This document shows positions 63,752 to 64,000 of a stretch of 64,000 bases of DNA, piece after piece. The stretch comes from Podarcis tiliguerta (taxonomy: Eukaryota). Position 1 is the first letter of the stretch. Each line of letters opens with the position of its first letter. The stretch lies in NCBI GenBank assembly GCA_965153285.1, contig OZ229116.1. One strand, written 5' to 3'. The translations under genes were made by a program, and so were the position numbers. A model generated the notes under the pieces. That model was not told the DNA's origin. It saw only the letters and a list, made by a program, of their open reading frames with translations, and searched no databases.

Positions 63752-64000
63752 CAAACTTAGTCATGTTCATTAATTTAAGTGGGTTCACTTAGAGTAAAAT
63801 TTAGCGGAATACTACCCATAGTTGTTTTCTGAACATTTTATGTGCTGGTTAATAATAATGTACGTAAGAAACAGCTTTCCGATAGTCGTACAGTTTTTAA
63901 TGTACCACTTCTACAAGTAGGCAGATGGACATTTTTGATAATGATTATATATGTCTCTCTGCTCCTTGTTTTTTGAGCTTGGGGCTCATCCAGATTTCCG

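Larger units (their letters stand above)
55196..64000 (+). other. PTPRM: 5' portion of PTPRM intron 2
   Basis: Starts at the GT donor; the expected next MAM exon (GSFMLVN...) was not found in the remaining sequence. Confidence 0.8.

Overview
Vertebrate genomic DNA from a squamate, very likely a lacertid lizard judging by the Sauria SINE, BovB tail and squamate-type SINE/MITE families. It is AT-rich and almost entirely intronic. The only host coding sequence I can support is one 123-bp phase 1-1 exon (55073-55195, + strand) encoding the start of the MAM domain of receptor tyrosine phosphatase mu (PTPRM, exon 2). The window is therefore >55 kb of intron 1 plus about 8.8 kb of intron 2. The rest is a layered transposon landscape: three solo LTRs with perfect 5-bp TSDs, a 5'-intact but internally deleted CR1, L1/L2/CR1/BovB fragments, tRNA-derived SINEs, Tc1/mariner-pogo and hAT MITEs (several nested), microsatellites, small tandem duplications, and TE-free blocks rich in homeodomain motifs that may be enhancers. 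The most interesting signal: the three dissimilar solo LTRs all begin with a reading frame open from LTR nucleotide 2. In two of them it stays open for 110-160 codons; the third needs one inferred frameshift. The products share a low-complexity acidic/Ser/Gly-rich, then Pro, then Arg-rich layout, which suggests a retrotransposon protein tail encoded inside U3. All repeat-family names come from motif recognition, not from a database search.
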